Shown in pieces: positions 60,132-64,000 of a stretch of DNA of 64,000 nt. Under the pieces are notes generated by a model that saw nothing but the letters and a program-made list of their open reading frames with translations, was not told the origin of the DNA and did no database searches. The stretch covers positions 197,622 through 261,621 of the forward strand of contig JADKDZ010000007.1 of assembly GCA_016718265.1 (NCBI GenBank), given 5' to 3'. This stretch comes from Uliginosibacterium sp. (GTDB lineage: Bacteria > Pseudomonadota > Gammaproteobacteria > Burkholderiales > Rhodocyclaceae). The first letter of the stretch is position 1. Each line of letters starts with the position of its first letter. The translations under genes and the position numbers were made by a program.

Positions 60132-61070
60132 ATGAACTTCCAGCAATTGCGCATCGTGCGCGAGACCGTACGCCAGAACTACAATCTGACGGAAGTCGCC
60201 AACGCGCTGTTCACCTCGCAGCCCGGCGTCTCGAAACACATCAAGGACCTCGAAGACGAGCTGGGCGTCGAACTCTTCATCCGCCGCGGCAAGCGCCTGC
60301 TGGGGCTCACCGAACCCGGCAAGGAGCTGGTGGTGATCGTCGAACGCATGCTGCTGGATGCGCGCAACATCAAAATACTGGCCGATCAATTCACCCAGCG
60401 CGACCAGGGCCAGCTGACCATCGTCACCACCCACACCCAGGCGCGCTATGCCTTGCCGAAGGTGGTGACGCAATTCAAGGATGAGTATCCGAAAGTGCAT
60501 CTCGCCTTGCATCAGGGCAGCCCGCAAGAGATCGTGCAGCAGCTGCTGTCCGGTGATGCGGATATCGGCATCGCCACGGAGTCGCTCCACAACCAGCCCG
60601 AACTGGCGACCTTCCCGTTTTACGACTGGCACCATGCCGTACTGGTACCCGCCAATCATCCTCTCCTGCAACTTCCAGAGCTGACGCTGGCTGCATTGTC
60701 GGAGTATCCGCTGATCACCTACCACAGCGGTTTCACCGGCCGCGGGAAGATCGATCGCGCCTTTGCCGAGGCGAGTCTGGTGCCCGACATCGTGATGTCT
60801 GCATTGGACGCCGACGTCATCAAATCCTACGTCGAGCTGGGTCTGGGCATCGGCATCATCGCCCCCAGTGCCTACAACCCGGCACGTGACAACGATCTGC
60901 GTCTGATCGACGCCTCGCACCTGTTTGCCCGCAACACGACCCTGATTGCCGTGCGTCGCGGCCACTATCTGCGTGGCTATGCCTACCGCTTCATTGAGCT
61001 CTGCTCACCCGAGCTGACCGAAGCCACGGTTCGTGCCGCCGTCGCGCCACACCGCGAGAGCGGATTCTGA
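60132..61070 (+). CDS. cysB: LysR-family regulator of the CysB/Cbl type
   Basis: 312 aa. MNFQQLRIVRETVRQNYNLTEVANALFTSQPGVSKHIKDLEDELGVELFIRRGKR is the characteristic CysB/Cbl N-terminus. CysB versus Cbl was not resolved. Confidence 0.8.
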   Translation: MNFQQLRIVRETVRQNYNLTEVANALFTSQPGVSKHIKDLEDELGVELFIRRGKRLLGLTEPGKELVVIVERMLLDARNIKILADQFTQRDQGQLTIVTTHTQARYALPKVVTQFKDEYPKVHLALHQGSPQEIVQQLLSGDADIGIATESLHNQPELATFPFYDWHHAVLVPANHPLLQLPELTLAALSEYPLITYHSGFTGRGKIDRAFAEASLVPDIVMSALDADVIKSYVELGLGIGIIAPSAYNPARDNDLRLIDASHLFARNTTLIAVRRGHYLRGYAYRFIELCSPELTEATVRAAVAPHRESGF

Positions 61071-61622
61071 GGCCTGCACGGGTGGCGCGAAGCGCATCTT
61101 CCACGCTGGGCAGGCGCGGTCCGCCATGAACTGGTGCGAACCAAGGCTCATGTGTGGATCATTGCGCACGGCTTCGGCTGCCTCGCTGCCGCACACGCCG
61201 CAGCCGACCATCACGACAAGGTGGCGGGGATCATGTTCGTTGCGCCCGCGGACCCGCAACGATTTGGCGTTTCCAGCATGCTCCCGACCGGGCGGCTTGC
61301 TTTTCCGAGCGTCGTGGTGGCCTCAAGCAACGATCCCTGGATGCGCCTGACGCAAGCCGGGTACTGGGCAGACCTCTGGGGCTCGCGGCTGATCAACCTT
61401 GGCAACGCTGGTCATATCAATGTCGACTCCGGTTTTGGCCCCTGGCAGGACGGGCTGGATATCTTTGAACAGCTGCGCCGCACGCAGTGCGATCTGCCGC
61501 TAGGCTCTCTGGACCCCGACTTCAGGTTCTCGGGGCCACGCAAGCGCGCTGCCCCGCCTGTCCGCCTGGGAGAAAACCTGGTCTGGCCCGGCCCACACAT
61601 CAGCCGGGGCGACCCGGCCTGA
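61071..61622 (+). pseudogene. RBBP9/YdeN-like alpha/beta hydrolase remnant (N-terminally truncated, nucleophile replaced)
   Basis: The frame is open from the codon right after the cysB stop (GLHGWREAHLPRWAG...). There is no start codon before a GTG at 61134. The nucleophile elbow reads AHGFGC where the family has AH-S-xGC. Confidence 0.5.
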
Positions 61623-61735
61623 TCCGGAAACTTTGCTTCACGGCTGTTTGCGAGTCCGCGCGAGTACGTCACAATCCAGACTCAGGCCACCAAAGTGGCG
61701 CCCAGTCTTCTGATTGACAACCCTGCTGAACCGCT

Positions 61736-62578
61736 ATGACGACACCTGAGAAACAAGGGGAGCGCTCGCTCAAAGGCAGCCGCTTCGAGCTGCGTACCGT
61801 TGAAAACACCATTGACGACTCCGATGCCGACCGGCTCGCGCGCGAGGGGCGCTGGGGTTTCGTCCACTCTGAGGAAACCGGCTCCGCCGTAGACGGCCCC
61901 GGCATGCGGGTGGTGTTCTGGACTACCGGCTGCGAATTCCGCTGCCTGTACTGCCACAACCCGGATACCTGGAAGCTCAAACACGGCCAGATCACCTGTG
62001 TGGATGACGTGCTGGATGAGCTCAAGAAGTACAAGGATTACCTCTCCTTCTCGGGCGGCGGTTTGACCATCTCCGGCGGCGAGCCGCTCGTGCAGGCGCC
62101 CTTCGTGATGAACATCATGCGCGGCGCCAACGCCATGGGCATTCACACGGCGCTCGACACGAACGGTTTTCTCGGCGATCGCCTCTCGGATGCCGATATC
62201 GACGAGATCGACCTGTTCCTGCTCGACATCAAGAGTTGGGATCCGGAGACCCATATCCGTGTGACGGCCAAACCGGTTGAGCCTGTGCTCAAATTTGCCC
62301 GTCGCCTGGCGGAGCGCAAACGCCCGGTCTGGCTGCGCTTCGTACTGGTCCCGGGCTTCACCGATGCGCCGGAAAATATCGAGGGGATCGCGAAGTTTGT
62401 CGCCTCACTCGGCAACATCGAGCGGGTCGACGTCCTGCCCTTCCACCAGTTGGGCAAATTCAAGTGGGAGCAGATGGGCATGAAGTACGAACTGGGCGAC
62501 ACCCCCACCCCGACGCAGGAATCCACCGAAGCGGCCAAGGCGATTTTCCGCGCCCACGGGCTGAACTGCCCGAGCTGA
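61736..62578 (+). CDS. pflA: Pyruvate formate-lyase activating enzyme (radical SAM)
   Basis: 280 aa. GSAVDGPGMRVVFWTTGCEFRCLYCHNPDTW (CX3CX2C). About 34 aa longer at the N-terminus than E. coli PflA. Confidence 0.93.
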   Translation: MTTPEKQGERSLKGSRFELRTVENTIDDSDADRLAREGRWGFVHSEETGSAVDGPGMRVVFWTTGCEFRCLYCHNPDTWKLKHGQITCVDDVLDELKKYKDYLSFSGGGLTISGGEPLVQAPFVMNIMRGANAMGIHTALDTNGFLGDRLSDADIDEIDLFLLDIKSWDPETHIRVTAKPVEPVLKFARRLAERKRPVWLRFVLVPGFTDAPENIEGIAKFVASLGNIERVDVLPFHQLGKFKWEQMGMKYELGDTPTPTQESTEAAKAIFRAHGLNCPS

Positions 62579-62600
62579 GCAGGCTCAAGCGCCGCTTGTG

Positions 62601-62641
62601 ATAAGGCTCTTCGGCATGGCATGCCGAAGAGCCTTATTTAT
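62601..62641. terminator. Bidirectional terminator between pflA and gltX
   Basis: Perfect 17-bp inverted repeat ATAAGGCTCTTCGGCAT / ATGCCGAAGAGCCTTAT with a 3-nt loop and flanking T/A-rich bases. Confidence 0.8.
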
Positions 62642-62710
62642 ATTGGACCTGCGGCAATGCATCGCCAAGGCCCTTTCCGGGAGCGGGTCTTCAGCCTGCC
62701 GTGCGAGGCA

Positions 62711-64000
62711 TCAGCTCAGCCGACTCAATACCCGCGCACGTCCCAACACTTCGAGCACCGCGTCGATCGAGGGCGTCTGCGCCACTCCCAGCAGCTTGAC
62801 GCGCAGCGGGATGGCCACCTGCGGCATCTTGAGCCCCTTCTCGGCACAGGTTTCCTTGATCGCGGCGTTCAGCGAAGCCTTGTCCCAGCTGACCGTTTGC
62901 AGACGCGTCGCCAGGGCTGCCAAGGCGTCTTTCGCCCCATCGGTGAGATGCTGCGCGACAAGCGCTTCGTCCGCCTGCGGCTCTTGGTAGTAGGCCGCAA
63001 CGCTTTCAGCCAGCTCGACCAGGGTCGACACCCGCTCACGGTACAGCGCCACAACGGCCGCCAGATCGGGCCCGCCGTCAAGGCTGATACCGCGCGCGGC
63101 CAGACGCCGTGCCGTGTCGGCCGCGAGCACAACAGGCTCTGTCTGCTTGATGTAGTGGGCATTCAGCCACTTGAGCTTTTCGGTATTGAACTGCGCGGCA
63201 GAAGGCGTGATGTGGTCAAGGTCAAACCATTCGACGAACTGCTGGCGCGAGAATACTTCGTCGTCACCATGGCTCCAGCCCAGGCGCGCCAGATAGTTGA
63301 TGACGGCCTCGGGCAGGAAGCCCTCCTCGTCGTACTGCATCACGCTCACCGCTCCATGGCGCTTGGATAGCTTGGTGCCGTCATCGCCGAGAATCATCGA
63401 CAGGTGGGCGTACTGCGGCACTGTCGCGCCCAGCGCCTGAAGGATGTTGATCTGGCGAGGAGTGTTGTTGACGTGATCATCACCACGGATGACCTGGGTG
63501 ATGCCCATATCCCAATCATCCACCACCACGCAGAAGTTATAGGTGGGCGTGCCGTCCGCACGCGCGATGATCAGATCGTCGAGTTCGGCGTTCGCGATCT
63601 CGATGCGCCCCTTGACGAGATCGTCCCAGGCCACAACTCCTTCCTGCGGATTCTTGAAGCGCACGACGGGCTGCACGCCTGCCGGCACCGGCGGCAGCAC
63701 TTTTCCTGCTTCGGGCCGCCAGCGCCCGTCGTAGCGGGGCTTCTCGCCGCGCGCGCGTTGTGCCTCGCGGATCACTTCCAGCTCTTCCGGCGTGGTGTAG
63801 CACTGGTAGGCCAAGCCCTTCTCAAGCAACTGCGCCAGCACTTCACGGTAACGATCCATGCGCTGCATTTGATAGAACGGCCCCTCGTCGTGCGACAGCC
63901 CCAGCCATTGCATGCCATCGAGAATGGCCTGCACGGCTTCAGGCGTCGAGCGCGCGACATCGGTATCTTCGACGCGCAAAACGAAGGCGCCCCCATGGCG
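62711..64000 (-). CDS. gltX: Glutamate--tRNA ligase, 5' end beyond the window
   Basis: The reading frame is open to the window edge (…[33 protein letters not shown]…). KLSKR (KMSKS-type) motif present. Confidence 0.95.
   Translation of the reverse strand, partial: RHGGAFVLRVEDTDVARSTPEAVQAILDGMQWLGLSHDEGPFYQMQRMDRYREVLAQLLEKGLAYQCYTTPEELEVIREAQRARGEKPRYDGRWRPEAGKVLPPVPAGVQPVVRFKNPQEGVVAWDDLVKGRIEIANAELDDLIIARADGTPTYNFCVVVDDWDMGITQVIRGDDHVNNTPRQINILQALGATVPQYAHLSMILGDDGTKLSKRHGAVSVMQYDEEGFLPEAVINYLARLGWSHGDDEVFSRQQFVEWFDLDHITPSAAQFNTEKLKWLNAHYIKQTEPVVLAADTARRLAARGISLDGGPDLAAVVALYRERVSTLVELAESVAAYYQEPQADEALVAQHLTDGAKDALAALATRLQTVSWDKASLNAAIKETCAEKGLKMPQVAIPLRVKLLGVAQTPSIDAVLEVLGRARVLSRLS

Overview
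High-GC (about 62-65%) chromosomal segment with betaproteobacterial gene content; a Rhodocyclales-like origin is only a low-confidence guess. The backbone carries lysS-xpt-tRNA-Ser, coq7, rppH/proS, tex, pat, tag, nfsB, the aapJQM genes of an amino-acid ABC transporter, cysB-like, pflB, pflA and gltX (runs off the right edge).

Accessory content:
- Two tandem GH94 glycoside phosphorylases next to a divergent mutarotase-like gene.
- A tightly packed six-gene phospholipid head-group module (22.9-29.1 kb). It encodes a CDP-alcohol transferase, a hydrolase-methyltransferase fusion, a PAP2+DSP phosphatase, a small membrane protein, an acyltransferase and a CdsA paralog. A REP-type double hairpin is inserted in frame in the phosphatase.
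- A three-gene polyprenol-phosphate glycosyltransferase operon.
- A pseudouridine synthase with an N-terminal extension built from about 5.7 copies of a 198-bp (66-aa) repeat.
- A 13-kb degenerate mobile region (47.1-60.0 kb). It holds four orphan rhs-core/toxin/immunity cassettes, each preceded by the same non-coding leader. One leader carries an IS110-family element, another a 104-bp MITE-like hairpin. An integrase-associated IS91-family element follows.

This mobile region starts 20 nt after the aapM stop, where the transporter ATPase gene would be expected. It lies within the 19 kb that separate pflB from pflA.

Many apparent pseudogenes (ycaO, pilin-like gene, pseudouridine synthase, integrase, rhs junctions) are broken by single-base length changes in short homopolymers. 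Sequencing error and real decay cannot be separated from sequence alone. No CRISPR array, rRNA gene or intact prophage was seen.
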